DNA of 64,000 bases. Origin: Paraspadella gotoi. Lineage: Eukaryota > Animalia > Chaetognatha. Position 1 is the stretch's first letter. Every line of letters starts with the position of its first letter. The stretch spans positions 1,703,662 through 1,767,661 of the forward strand of contig CM119264.1 in the NCBI GenBank assembly GCA_051294375.1, read 5' to 3'. Below, piece after piece: positions 13,685 through 26,479 of this stretch. Made by a program: the position numbers and the translations under genes. A model generated the notes under the pieces. It had not been told where the DNA came from and made no database searches. It was given only the letters and a program-made list of their open reading frames with translations.

Positions 13685-15590
13685 GAGAGAGAGAGAGAAG
13701 AGAGAGAATGCAGAGGAGGTTTACATGGAGGAGCCAAGCAGGAAAGATTAAAAGGAAACATAAAGCAACATAAGTAAAGCTATAGAAGTTAACGGAATTA
13801 AGGCAGGCTGAGAAAAGCCAAGCAGGGAAAAGTTAAGGAAGCAAGCAGGAAAGTTAAGGAAGCAAGCAGGGGATTTAAGGAGGAAACAAGTAGGGATTTA
13901 AAAAGGAAACAAGCAGGGGATTTAAAAAGGAAACAAGCAGGGGATTTCAAAAGGAAACAAGCGGGAGAAGGTTAAGAAGGAAAGCAAAGAGGAGCCAAAC
14001 AGTGAATGTTTGGTGGAGCAAAAGCTAGTGAGGTAAAAGGAGCAAAAGCTAGTGAGGTGAATAGGAGCGAAAAGGCGAGAGAAGTCGCGCAATTAGTTCT
14101 ATTATTCAAGAGACGATGAGAGATGATAAAGAATTAAAGAGAAATTGGGCGTTTAACGGGAAAGAGCATCCGTTGGGAGATGAGAGGGGAGGGAGACAGA
14201 GAGGGAAAGAGAGGGGGAGGAAGAGGGAGGGAGAGAGAGAAGGAGAGGAGGAGAGAGAGAGGGAGAGGAGGGAGGGAAAGGAACAGAAAGAAAGAGGAAG
14301 GCGAAAGAAAAAGAGAGAGGAAGAGGAAAAGGGGAAAGGAAGGCAAGATAAAAGAAAGGAGAAATATAAAAGAAAAAACAAGGAGGGAAATTCAAATGTT
14401 TGGTGTTGCGCCTCAGTGACTTTCTAGCTTCTCTTTTCTCTTTATAGTTTTAAGTGATTTCCTGAAGAGCGTCCGATTGAAGTCACTTTGATTTGAAGTT
14501 TTTTTCCTGTCTAACAAATTGGAGCACCGACTATAGTCGAGTTTAGAGCATTTTTACATTAAGTGAGGACGGACCGATCCGACTTGACGTACCGACCGAC
14601 AGACCGGACCTAAGAGTTGACTTATGGTTGCTCCGCGATTAACTCGCGGTGCAACTAAAAAGGAAAGAGACAAGAGAGAAAAAATGATGATAAACCTCAA
14701 TAAAAATGCCACAAAAAGAAATATCTAATAGTACAATAAAAGTTTAAATCTATACGACTGGGTTGAATCGCTGAAGCCGAGAGAGGGACGTCGCCGGCTT
14801 CGAACTCGTTTCAAAGCACTTACCTCTTTTATCCGCATTTGTGGAGGAAAATGGTTTTTCTCCAAGGACGAGTAATTTTATGACAGGAAAACCAGAACAA
14901 AAAATATGCGAACCAAAGACCGATATACGATTCGGAGATGCGAAAGAATATTGAAGCGTGTGGTTGCATTCTTTTTTGCAATTCTATAAGTAACTTTTTC
15001 AGGTAGGTCGTCGTATGACTGCTTGTTGATTCAGACTAATTTCTTTAACATGCCTGTACTCTGGTAATCTCCATCAATTTTGTTTATTTTCCTCAATTCA
15101 TTTGATATTGTCGAATTCTGATTAAATTTTGTTATTTTTTTTCTATAGCATGAAGGGTTTATATAAATTTCCTCGGCAAATTGATTATGTTTGTTTGTTG
15201 NNNNNNNNNNNNNNNNNNNNNNNNNTTCAATTAATATCTAAATAATTATTTTATTATTTGGTAGTTTTAGCAATGATTCATGTTTATACTAAGGAAGTCC
15301 GATGATAATTAATTAATGCGTAACAGTGGCGCAATACCTTGAAGTAGAAATGAGAAAAACAAGTTAGCAAGATTTAAGCACCGTTAATCCATGTTATTCC
15401 ATTTTATTCCATGACGGCTCTTTTGTTCTTAAGTTAAAAGGAGGATTATCACCAACAACAAAAAATATAAGCGAAATTGTATTTTTACTTCACATCGTGA
15501 ACCGTTGAGTCACCAAAACCACAACTGTTTCACCCTGTGTGAAACTCACAGCCTCACGGACGCCATTGAAGGCAAGGGTGAAAGGTCACG

Positions 15591-15635
<45 letters not shown>

Positions 15636-16146
15636 AAATGGATTCCGGGTCATCATAGCTTTTGGTCAAATGCGACGATAAAGATAAAGGAAAAGACAGA
15701 AACTACGAATTCGGAAAGAATTTTGGACGAGTCATCGATCGTAGGATTATTGGTAAGTGAAGTCGGGTCAGGTCTGGAGGTGAGGTCCAGTGAGATAAGC
15801 TGAGATGGAAGGGTCCAAAAATCGAAAATGAAAGATAAAGAAAAACAAGGTGACGCAAAATTTAAAATTAAAATATAGCAAAAAAAATAGATGCAAACAA
15901 AAGCAAGAGCAAAATCAAAAGCGAAAGCAAAGCATAGCAAAGCAAAAGTAAAAGCAAAAGCAAAGCGACCCTCGCCATTGGCGCCACGCGATCCTGTCGT
16001 CTCTTCGCTCCACTTACAATTTGATGAATCGAGAGTCGGGCAGATGGAAGAGATTTTTGCAATAAAATTCCCGTTGGTTCTGACCGGAAATTGGCGCCGA
16101 GTCTGAGATCAAAAACGGGGAAGTTTTATCGGGAAAAGTTAAAAGA
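12380..16146 (-). repeat. Segment copy 3 (inverted)
   Basis: Reverse complement of 59-3850; indel-rich in 14400-15200; ends at an N gap. Confidence 0.95.
12555..12995 (+). mobile_element. HINE/DINE-1-like element (copy in segment 3)
   Basis: TTTTAGTTGCGCCGC...GCGGAGCAACT hairpin, GTCY tract, ends TGCTGCGCAACACATTGG...GTTTT. Confidence 0.75.
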
Positions 16147-16246
16147 NNNNNNNNNNNNNNNNNNNNNNNNNNNNNNNNNNNNNNNNNNNNNNNNNNNNNN
16201 NNNNNNNNNNNNNNNNNNNNNNNNNNNNNNNNNNNNNNNNNNNNNN

Positions 16247-16287
<41 letters not shown>

Positions 16288-16308
16288 TCTCGTTCTCTCT
16301 CTCTCTCA

Positions 16309-16339
<31 letters not shown>

Positions 16340-16491
16340 CCTCTTCTGCGCCCTCCCGATAAATTATTCATGAAAATCTCCAGAAAAGGAAAGAGTAGAA
16401 ACCGCCATTAGGATGGAAAGGTTTTTTAAGAATCCGAGAACCAAAAAAAGAAAATCTATCGACTATTAACAAAATGATAGAGCAGAGAGAA

Positions 16492-16558
<67 letters not shown>

Positions 16559-17189
16559 CAGAGACAGAAGACAGAGAGAGCCTTAATTGTTCCCAGTTTT
16601 ATGTTGCCTAAATTAAAGCAATTAACAGTGAGACTGTTAAAAAATATAGAATAAAACTGAAGAAGATAAATATTTTTAAAGATATAATCAATTATAATTA
16701 TAATAACTCCCACAAAAACCGCATCGAATGGAATCGAGTCACGTGACCTTAAGAGAGTCACCGCCATCAAAGGCACCGACTCTTGGTGTTTGAGAGGTCA
16801 ACAAAGGAAAGAAGAAAAGAAAAGGGAAAAAACATTGTTATAATAAAGTTTATTATAACAATATTGTTATAATAAACATAAACTCTCGAATCAACGTTTC
16901 TTTAAATAAATCTAAAGTGGCCCTATTTCCCAAAAACGCCCCATTTCTGCTTAGTGTTTGGAATAAAGTTCAAGGTTCAAGATTAAAAATTAGATTAAGG
17001 ATTAGTGTCCGCTGCCTGCTGCCGCTGCTCGTGCCGCCAACGCCGCCCCCGCTGCCGCTTCTGCCACTGCCGCTGCCGCCGCGGCTCCTGTTGCTGTTTA
17101 CGTGATTGACGTTTTAATCCACTCTTAATTACTCTCTCCTTTTCTCTCTCTTTCCACGAATTCTCTCTCCGCTCTTTCCTTCTCTTCTC

Positions 17190-17379
17190 ACGTCATTTGG
17201 CGGCGGCGGGCGGCTGCTGCGGCGGACGGCGGTTAGGACAGCGGCGACAGCGGAGGGCTGCAGCGGGCGGCGCCTGCTGGGTCCTTAGCAAAGAATGGGA
17301 TTAGCCGACGAAGACGTGACGATTTCGCAAAACTGGAAGGAAATCCATGAAACGTGTCGGCCTCTTTGTCGGCATCGTT

Positions 17380-17418
<39 letters not shown>

Positions 17419-17528
17419 GTGGCGGCGGCGGAGTTGGGAGGGAGGGGTCTATGGTCCGTCCGATGGCGGGAAAAGGCGGTTGGATCTAATGGACCCGGGC
17501 GACGTGTTATGGGCGAAAATGAGAGAAG
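17190..17528 (+). CDS. GC-rich probable exon ending in PWWP-like PGDVLWAKM
   Basis: (GGC)n-rich island ending LDLMDPGDVLWAKMRE and AG/GTAAGT. Start and frame uncertain; PWWP core not confirmed. Confidence 0.3.
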
Positions 17529-17950
17529 GTAAGTGAGTCGATTTGGTTGGAGCTTTGTTATGACATTAAAATGTTCTATGTCGTATTTTATGTTTGTTTT
17601 GTATTCGCTGTGCAGTGCACTCTTTATTTTTAAAACAGGATGATTGCGCAGCACTGTCCTCTGTTCCCACAGTGGCCCTTCCACCAAGTCCCCAAGAGTG
17701 CAACTCAAAACTCTCAAATTTGCGTCAGCGAAAATCAAAGGATCGCAGCGCCGCCCATTGGCGGTCATAAAAAACGAAGAANNNNNNNNNNNNNNNNNNN
17801 NNNNNNNNNNNNNNNNNNNNNNNNNNNNNNNNNNNNNNNNNNNNNNNNNNNNNNNNNNNNNNNNNNNNNNNNNNNNNNNNNNNNNNNNNNNNNNNNNNNN
17901 NNNNNNNNNNNNNNNNNNNNNNNNNNNNNNNNNNNNNNNNNNNNNNNNNN

Positions 17951-17986
<36 letters not shown>

Positions 17987-18401
17987 TTGGGCGTGGCCCT
18001 CGACCAGAGGAGAGGGAGGCGTGGCTGTCGACTACAGAAAACTGGGCGTGACTCGTTTTTGGCTTTACGAGGCTTCGTTCGCCGACGTCGCTGTTTGGCG
18101 GAGAATATTCGGATCTCGTTGTTGTTGTTGTTGTTGTCGTTGTTGTTGTCGTTGTCGTCGTCTTCTCTCTTTTTATTTTGTCACATCATCGAATGTTATC
18201 GTAGTTCACGATTGACGTCATCATATCTTTCAAACTTATATCCAGAAAAATCTCAGATCTCATGGGGGAGAGAGAGAGAGAGNNNNNNNNNNNNNNNNNN
18301 NNNNNNNNNNNNNNNNNNNNNNNNNNNNNNNNNNNNNNNNNNNNNNNNNNNNNNNNNNNNNNNNNNNNNNNNNNNNNNNNNNNNNNNNNNNNNNNNNNNN
18401 N

Positions 18402-18441
<40 letters not shown>

Positions 18442-18866
18442 GTAATTCCATTAAAAACATGGTTTTTCCATCAATCATGGCTCCGAGTGAAAAGTGCACG
18501 AACTACTAAAAATGCCTTTCAAGATATAAGCTCTTGTTTAGAATGCTAACTTCGTTAATAGTAAATATAATCAATATAATGTATAAATTATTGATTTCTT
18601 GAATAAGGGGAGATAAGACATTCAGGGTTTTTAAAAAAAGATTTACTACTCTGAGTCAGAATAAAATGTAAATGGATGAATTCTATGTTTGGTTGCACTA
18701 ATTTCGGGACACCTGCTATTTAAATCTAAAGAGCAATTTTATAAATGACGCTCAGGAAATATGCCCTATTCATAGACCTTAACCATAGCCACTCACCGAA
18801 GTCTTTAACAAAACCCCTTACTCAAAGCCCTGACCCAAAGCTCTCGCCCAAACCACAATGACTTAC

Positions 18867-18963
18867 CATAGACCCGAACGCATGAAGGGAGTCCAAGTTT
18901 CGTTAGGCATTCCGTCCACGGGAAAGATTTCTTCAGTGAAGAGCCAAAAGTTCGACGTGAGAG
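18867..18963 (-). CDS. TARP/stargazin-like (CACNG5/7-like) gene, exon encoding end of TM1 and start of ECL1
   Basis: (CT)n-CGCAG acceptor, GTAAGT donor. 97 nt reading (A)LTSNFWLFTEEIFPVDGMPNETWTPFMRSGL-W, matching the TARP A..TDYWL...HSGLW pattern. The phase-2 end (TG) joins the G of exon 7947 to make the GLW tryptophan. Confidence 0.85.
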
Positions 18964-18964
18964 C

Positions 18965-19074
<110 letters not shown>

Positions 19075-22000
19075 GACATATGGATAATGCGAAATGTGTA
19101 GGGAAAAAGAGAGATAAGAAATAATTATTTTCCTCTGTGAATTTTTTCGATGGAAAAGTGAATGTGAAAACGTTTAACCGGAATTTTTTTTTCATATGTG
19201 TCATAGAAGTACAACCAAAAGTGTGAATTATAATACTCCCAGTTAATTACAACAAGATATTAATTGATATATTTGTGAGTTTACAGATAATTATTTGTAT
19301 TTTTTAATCGTATTAAAATTTAAGTTAAGTATTGAGAGAAGAGAGAGAGAGAGAAAAGAGACGAAAGGTGAAAAAGAAAGGTGAAAAAAGAAAAGAGAAA
19401 AAAATGAGGTAAAAAAGAAAAGAAAAAAGAGAAGAGGAAAATAAAAGACAAAAAAAATCAAGGAGCAAAAGGAAGGTGAAAAGATAATTTGAAAAGAGCT
19501 GGTGGGAAATATAGAGACAGAGACAGAGACAGAGCAGCGGAAAAACGGGCAGCAAAAAAAAACGCGGATTACGCGGCCTCGAGGAAAAAAAAAAGATGCG
19601 AGGACAAACAGCGAGGGATTCATTTGAGATATAATTCATAATGAATTAATCATGAATTAATTATGAATCAGTGATGAATTCATCGCCCGAGTTTGGCCGA
19701 CCACGAATATTGAGACAAAACAATCTGGTCTGGCGGGAAAAAAGATAAACGAGAAAAAAAAACAGAGGGAAAAGGAAAACAGAGATAATAACTGAAGAGA
19801 GATGGAGGAAAAGAGAGGAAAGGTAGATGGAGGAAAAGGGAGGAAAGGANNNNNNNNNNNNNNNNNNNNNNNNNNNNNNNNNNNNNNNNNNNNNNNNNNN
19901 NNNNNNNNNNNNNNNNNNNNNNNNNNNNNNNNNNNNNNNNNNNNNNNNNNNNNNNNNNNNNNNNNNNNNNNNNNNNNNNNNNNNNNNNNNNNNNNNNNNN
20001 NNNNNNNNNNNNNNNNNNNNNNNNNNNNNNNNNNNNNNNNNNNNNNNNNNNNNNNNNNNNNNNNNNNNNNNNNNNNNNNNNNNNNNNNNNNNNNNNNNNN
20101 NNNNNNNNNNNNNNNNNNNNNNNNNNNNNNNNNNNNNNNNNNNNNNNNNNNNNNNNNNNNNNNNNNNNNNNAAGGAAAAGGAGGAAAGGAAGATGGGGAA
20201 AGGGGAGGAAAGAGAGAAGGAGGAAAAAAGAAGAAAGGGAGGAAAGGTATATGGAGGAAAAGGAAAGAAAGGGAGGAAAGNNNNNNNNNNNNNNNNNNNN
20301 NNNNNNNNNNNNNNNNNNNNNNNNNNNNNNNNNNNNNNNNNNNNNNNNNNNNNNNNNNNNNNNNNNNNNNNNNNNNNNNNNNNNNNNNNNNNNNNNNNNN
20401 NNNNNNNNNNNNNNNNNNNNNNNNNNNNNNNNNNNNNNNNNNNNNNNNNNNNNNNNNNNNNNNNNNNNNNNNNNNNNNNNNNNNNNNNNNNNAGAAAGGG
20501 TGGAAAGGTAGATGGAGGAAAAGGGAGGAAAGGGAGATGGAGGAAAAGGAGGAAAGATGGCGTCCAAGGAAAAAAAAGGAAAAATTGAGACAAGAGGGAA
20601 ATCTCCTTCGCTGAATTGGAGAAAATAGAAATGTAGAAAGGGAACCGGGAAAAAATAAAAAAGGAAAAAGAAAAGTAAAAAAAAAAGTAAAATAAGAAAA
20701 GAAAAGGAAAGAAAGGAATGAAAAGAAAAAAAGAAAAGAAAAGAACGAAAAAGGGAAAAGAAAAAGAAAAAGAGAAAAGAAAAGAAAAAAAAAAGAAAAA
20801 AGAAAAAAGAAGAAAAAAAGAAAAGAAAAGAAAAGAATAGAAAAGAATAGAAAAGAAAAAAGAAAAGAAATCCTTCCGCCCTAATGGAAAGCGATATCTC
20901 ACAAGGAAATTCTCTCTCGACGACGAATTTCAACCAAAAATCTCGACGACCACAAGGACAACGACAACAACAACAACANNNNNNNNNNNNNNNNNNNNNN
21001 NNNNNNNNNNNNNNNNNNNNNNNNNNNNNNNNNNNNNNNNNNNNNNNNNNNNNNNNNNNNNNNNNNNNNNNNNNNNNNNNNNNNNNNNNNNNNNNNNNNN
21101 NNNNNNNNNNNNNNNNNNNNNNNNNNNNNNNNNNNNNNNNNNNNNNNNNNNNNNNNNNNNNNNNNNNNNNNNNNNNNNNNNNNNNNNNNNNNNNNNNNNN
21201 NNNNNNNNNNNNNNNNNNNNNNNNCCTAACCCTAAACCGCTGTCCTTGATTTTTAACTTAAACCCTAAATACTAATCCCTTACTAAAATCTTTAACCCTA
21301 ATCAGTAACCTTTATTACTATCCTAAATTCCTAATATTTAACCTAATTCTTAATCCCTAACCCAAACCTCTAACCAAATTTTTAACTTTTTGGGAAAACA
21401 AAACCAACTTGGCTATAACTAATTTGTCAGTCTTGGNNNNNNNNNNNNNNNNNNNNNNNNNNNNNNNNNNNNNNNNNNNNNNNNNNNNNNNNNNNNNNNN
21501 NNNNNNNNNNNNNNNNNNNNNNNNNNNNNNNNNNNNNNNNNNNNNNNNNNNNNNNNNNNNNNNNNNNNNNNNNNNNNNNNNNNNNNNNNNNNNNNNNNNN
21601 NNNNNNNNNNNNNNNNNNNNNNNNNNNNNNNNNNNNNNNNNNNNNNNNNNNNNNNNNNNNNNNNNNNNNNNNNNNNNNNNNNNNNNNNNNNNNNNNNNNN
21701 NNNNNNNNNNNNNNNNNNNNNNNNNNNNNNNNNNNNNNNNNNNNNNNNNNNNNNNNNNNNNNNNNNNNNNNNNNNNNNNNNNNNNNNNNNNNNNNNNNNN
21801 NNNNNNNNNNNNNNNNNNNNNNNNNNNNNNNNNNNNNNNNNNNNNNNNNNNNNNNNNNNNNNNNNNNNNNNNNNNNNNNNNNNNNNNNNNNNNNNNNNNN
21901 NNNNNNNNNNNNNNNNNNNNNNNNNNNNNNNNNNNNNNNNNNNNNNNNNNNNNNNNNNNNNNNNNNNNNNNNNNNNNNNNNNNNNNNNNNNNNNNNNNNN

Positions 22001-22379
22001 NNNNNNNNNNNNNNNNNNNNNNNNNNNNNNNNNNNNNNNNNNNNNNNNNNNNNNNNNNNNNNNNNNNNNNNNNNNNNNNNNNNNNNNNNNNNNNNNNNNN
22101 NNNNNNNNNNNNNNNNNNNNNNNNNNNNNNNNNNNNNNNNNNNNNNNNNNNNNNNNNNNNNNNNNNNNNNNNNNNNNNNNNNNNNNNNNNNNNNNTTTAT
22201 TTCGAAACTTAATTTTATTTTAAATATTTAGCCTAATTCCTCTCTCACCTAATCTTTAACTCAAAATATTATTCTCGTTCCGAATTTAATATGAAATTGG
22301 TCGTTCTGGGACTGAGTTCGTGAATGCGTTTGGGTTAAATGGAAAAATGATGATCGTCAATAGAATTAGAGGTTGTTGT

Positions 22380-22815
22380 GTTCTTGCTGTTTTGTCTGTT
22401 TTGTCTGTTTTGTCTGTTCTGTCTGTTTTGTCTGTTTTGTCTGTTCTGTCTGTTCTGTCTGTTTTTTCTGTTTTTGTTGTTCGGACAAACGACGGATAGA
22501 TTTTGATAACACGATTCTCAAGTTCACAATCTCCAGTTTCTCAAATACATCTTAACATCTTCACATCTTCATATCTTCACATATTTAACCACGAATTCTT
22601 TTTTCGTTTCTCGTGAGATCAACTTTTTTTCTCTTTTTCCTCAACAACGTGAACAGAATAAATAACAGAACAGAACGGAGCAGAACAGAACAGACGGAAC
22701 AGAACGGAACAGAACGGAACAGAACAGAACAAAACAGAACAGAACAAAACAAAACAAAACAGAACAGAACAGAACAAAACAGAACGGAACAGAACAGAAC
22801 AGAACGGAACAGAAT
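22380..22815. repeat. (TGTTYTGTC)n and (ACAGA/ACGGA)n simple repeats
   Basis: Tracts at 22380-22460 and 22650-22815. Confidence 0.85.
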
Positions 22816-23967
22816 AAAGAAGAAACAAATTTCTTTTTCATTCGACAAAAAAATATGATCTTTTGTCTCTTGTTTTTTTTTTAACATTTTTTGTCTGTAG
22901 TTTTTTTTTGTTTGTTTTTTTTTTATTTATTTATTTATTAGTTTAATTATTTGTTAGTTTATATATTAGTTTATTTATTAATTTATTAGTTTGTCTATAA
23001 ATTCCAATATAATAATAATAATATTTATTTTATTTCTTTATTCTACACAAAAATAAAAGCATCCCCCAGCTATANNNNNNNNNNNNNNNNNNNNNNNNNN
23101 NNNNNNNNNNNNNNNNNNNNNNNNNNNNNNNNNNNNNNNNNNNNNNNNNNNNNNNNNNNNNNNNNNNNNNNNNNNNNNNNNNNNNNNNNNNNNNNNNNTA
23201 GATTCTGCCAATTTGCTGTCTTGTTATTTGTTCTCTTGTTTTTTTCTCTCTAAATCCAGTTCCAAAAAAGCGAAGTATAAACAAAAGGCGAACTCCACTC
23301 TGGCGACATCTGCTTCTGTTTGGGGACGAGGACTTTTGTTTGTTTGTTAGTTTTGTTTTCGTTTTTTTAAATAAAAAAAAAGAGACTAAACCGAGTTGAC
23401 GCTTATTTCAGGTGGAAGAGAAGAGAAGAAGATTTTAGGTGACGTTGGGTTGTCGTTGTTGTCGTCGTCGTCGTCGTCGTCGTTGTTTTGTCAGTTTCGG
23501 TTTTTAAACGAAAGAAAGAAAGAGGAAGAAGGAAAATGTCCATCATATAATTTTCTCGGCAAAGGATAAAAATATAGAGAGAAAGGAACATGAGAGAAAA
23601 AATGGAGAGTAAGAAGAGGGAGAGAGAAGAGGAGAGAGAGAGAGTAGAGAGAGAAGAGAGAGAAGAGAGAGACGAGAGAAAGTTATCGTTTAAACAGAAT
23701 GGAGAAAGATATTATACTAAAAAAAGCTTTTGTTGGTTCTGTGAATGAGAATCGGGAAATGGGCAAGTTGTCTTGGCGACAAAAACACTCACAGCCTTTT
23801 AACAATTCACATAACCGAATCTAGAAAGGGAGGGAAAGAAGAGATGAAGAGAGAGATAGGGGGTAGAGAGAGAGAGAGGAGAGANNNNNNNNNNNNNNNN
23901 NNNNNNNNNNNNNNNNNNNNNNNNNNNNNNNNNNNNNNNNNNNNNNNNNNNNNNNNNNNNNNNNNNN

Positions 23968-24002
<35 letters not shown>

Positions 24003-24361
24003 TTAGATTTAAAAAGAGAAGAAAGATTTCATTGATGAGAAAAGTTAGATTTGTGTAGGCAAATCAGCCCTTCTGACTTCTCACTAAATTAAATAGTACG
24101 TCTCATTCAGAATCGTTCAGAACGTAAGCAAATATTTTTTTTAGTTTTTAGAAACTTGTAAATGTAAATGTAAATATAAATGTAAATGTAAAAAGCCTTA
24201 CTTGACTTTTTTAGTTCAAAGTTTTTCTGACGAAAACAAAAAAAAATCAAAATTTAAATATGAATTGAAAAAACAATTAAAAACTGACCCCAAAAAAGAA
24301 TGTCTACCTGTTTTTATTCATAATTCCGTCGTCGCATTCGTCGTCGCATTCGTCGTCGTTT

Positions 24362-24395
<34 letters not shown>

Positions 24396-24483
24396 TTCCA
24401 ACTTTCTCGATCTCAAAATTAAAAATCCTTTTCGGAATCAAAAGCCGAAGACGTAATTCTCATTGTAATGACGTCGCTATCCT

Positions 24484-24752
24484 CATTTACGGTCCACGTC
24501 ACTTTACAAAACGTCACTTCCGGGCCACGCCACTTTAAAGAATGTCACTTCCGGTCCACGCTATTTCGAAGAGCGTCACTGCGGAGTACTTCACTTCCCC
24601 TGACCCCGTCACAATTGGACGTCACGCGAATTTCGAAATTCAGCCAATAGCTACGAGTCTCATCGTGAAAAATCCGGAGGACGAAATTTATGACGCTAAT
24701 CCGAGAAGAGAAAACGAGGCTGAAGAGAAGATGGCGGTGCGTGGGGATGTGG
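24484..24752 (+). promoter_or_regulatory. Housekeeping-type promoter motif cluster with a possible first coding exon
   Basis: ETS-CRE composite ACGTCACTTCCGG at 24511 within 31-bp tandem units; AGCCAAT at 24642; YY1-type AAGATGGCGG at 24728 giving MAVRGDV then a GTGAGA donor. Confidence 0.4.
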
Positions 24753-24782
24753 GTGAGAAGTAGAGGGGGCGTTAATTGGGAG

Positions 24783-25000
24783 TGTGACGGGCTGTGACGG
24801 GTGTGACGGGCTAATACGAGCTGTGATAGGATGTGACGGGCTGTGAAGAACCATGACGGGCCGTGACGGGCTCTGAATGGACGTGACGGGCGGCGAAAAG
24901 ACGAGAAGTAAATCCAGTTCACAGAAGGCAGTGAGCTGCGATGAGAAGGGCCGTGATGGGCCGTGACGGGTTGTGAAGGGCGGTGACCGGCTGTGACGGG
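24783..25000 (+). repeat. 10-bp minisatellite (CTGTGACGGG)n
   Basis: Two arrays of degenerate tandem units. Confidence 0.8.
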
Positions 25001-25426
25001 CGGGGATTCGTCTCTGGGGGAATGTAACGAGGGAGACCAAAAGAACCCAGGGCTTGGAGGGTGACGAGGGGCGCGTCCCGTGAGAAGTAGAAACGTGAAT
25101 TCGATGTGAATCCGATCTGGGTGAAGAGAGAAAATCGTTGTTTACGGATCCAGAGGGAGTTGGTGAGCGGCGGTCGTGAGAAAAATATGAAAGTTTTTTT
25201 TTTTGTTTTTTTTTAACGAAAAATTGATTAAAATTGAAATCGAAAATTGATTGGTCGATCGATGATTGGTTGATTCGTTGATTGATCGATCGTTGATTGG
25301 TTGAAATTTCAGTGTACTTCAAGGTCTAATGGAGAGGGTATTCACCAAAAAGTTATGGATTCATCCTAGAGTGAATATTTATTAATTGAAAGAGCATTCA
25401 TCTCGAGGGCACCCCTAATGCATAAT

Positions 25427-25762
25427 GAGGCCATTCAGCGACAGGGCGTTCATTAAAAGGCCATTCATTTAGAGGCCAATTCTTAAAATGCCATTCTTTG
25501 AAATTCCATTCTTTGAAAAGTCATTCATTTAAAGGCCATTCATTAAAATGAAATTCATCTAAAGGTCATTCATTAAAAGGCTATTCATTTAGAGGGCCTT
25601 CTTCGAAAGGCCATTCATCGAGAGGCCGTTCATCAAAAGGCCGTTCATCAAAAGGCCATTCATCGAGAGGCCGTTCATCAAAAGGCCAATCACCTAGATT
25701 CCGTTTATTAAAAGGCCATTCATATAGAGGCCGTTCATCAAAAGGCCATTCATATAGAGGCC
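25427..25762 (+). repeat. 15-bp minisatellite (AAAGGCCRTTCATCA)n
   Basis: About 22 tandem units. Confidence 0.85.
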
Positions 25763-26218
25763 CGTTTTTTCACCGCTTCTGTGTTTCGTTTTCACTAACG
25801 TCCGATTTTCGCGTCGAAGGAAAACGCGGCATCGCGCGACGATGAAATTCGACGCCGCAATTCTCAACGCGGCGTCACGACGACGACGACGGCGACGACG
25901 GTGACGATGACGACGCACGACGACGACGGCGACCGGTGACGAAACAGATGAGATGACGACTTCGAGATAGTGGAAATTACAACGACGACGACGACGATGA
26001 TGACAACATGATCGAACGGATTTAGTATAGAACAAAACGGTCCACGTACATTTGACGGGATGATGACGGACGACGACGACGACGACGACGTGAGGAAAGA
26101 ACGAAGAGATGAGAAATGGTTTTGCCGAGAGAAATCTCCGGCGGCGGCAAATGGGAAAGAAACATCTGGAACAAACATAACAGATGAGAGAGAGAGAGAG
26201 AGAGAGAGAAGAGAGAGA

Positions 26219-26269
<51 letters not shown>

Positions 26270-26426
26270 GAGAGAGAGAAAGAGAGAGAGAAAGAAAGAA
26301 AGAAGAGAGAGATAGTAGAGAGAGAGATATAGAGAGAGAGAGAGAAAGAAAGAGAGAGAGAGAGGAGAGAGAGAAGAGAGAGAAGAGTAGAGAGTAGAGA
26401 GAGAGAGAGAGAGAAGAGAAGAAGAA

Positions 26427-26479
<53 letters not shown>

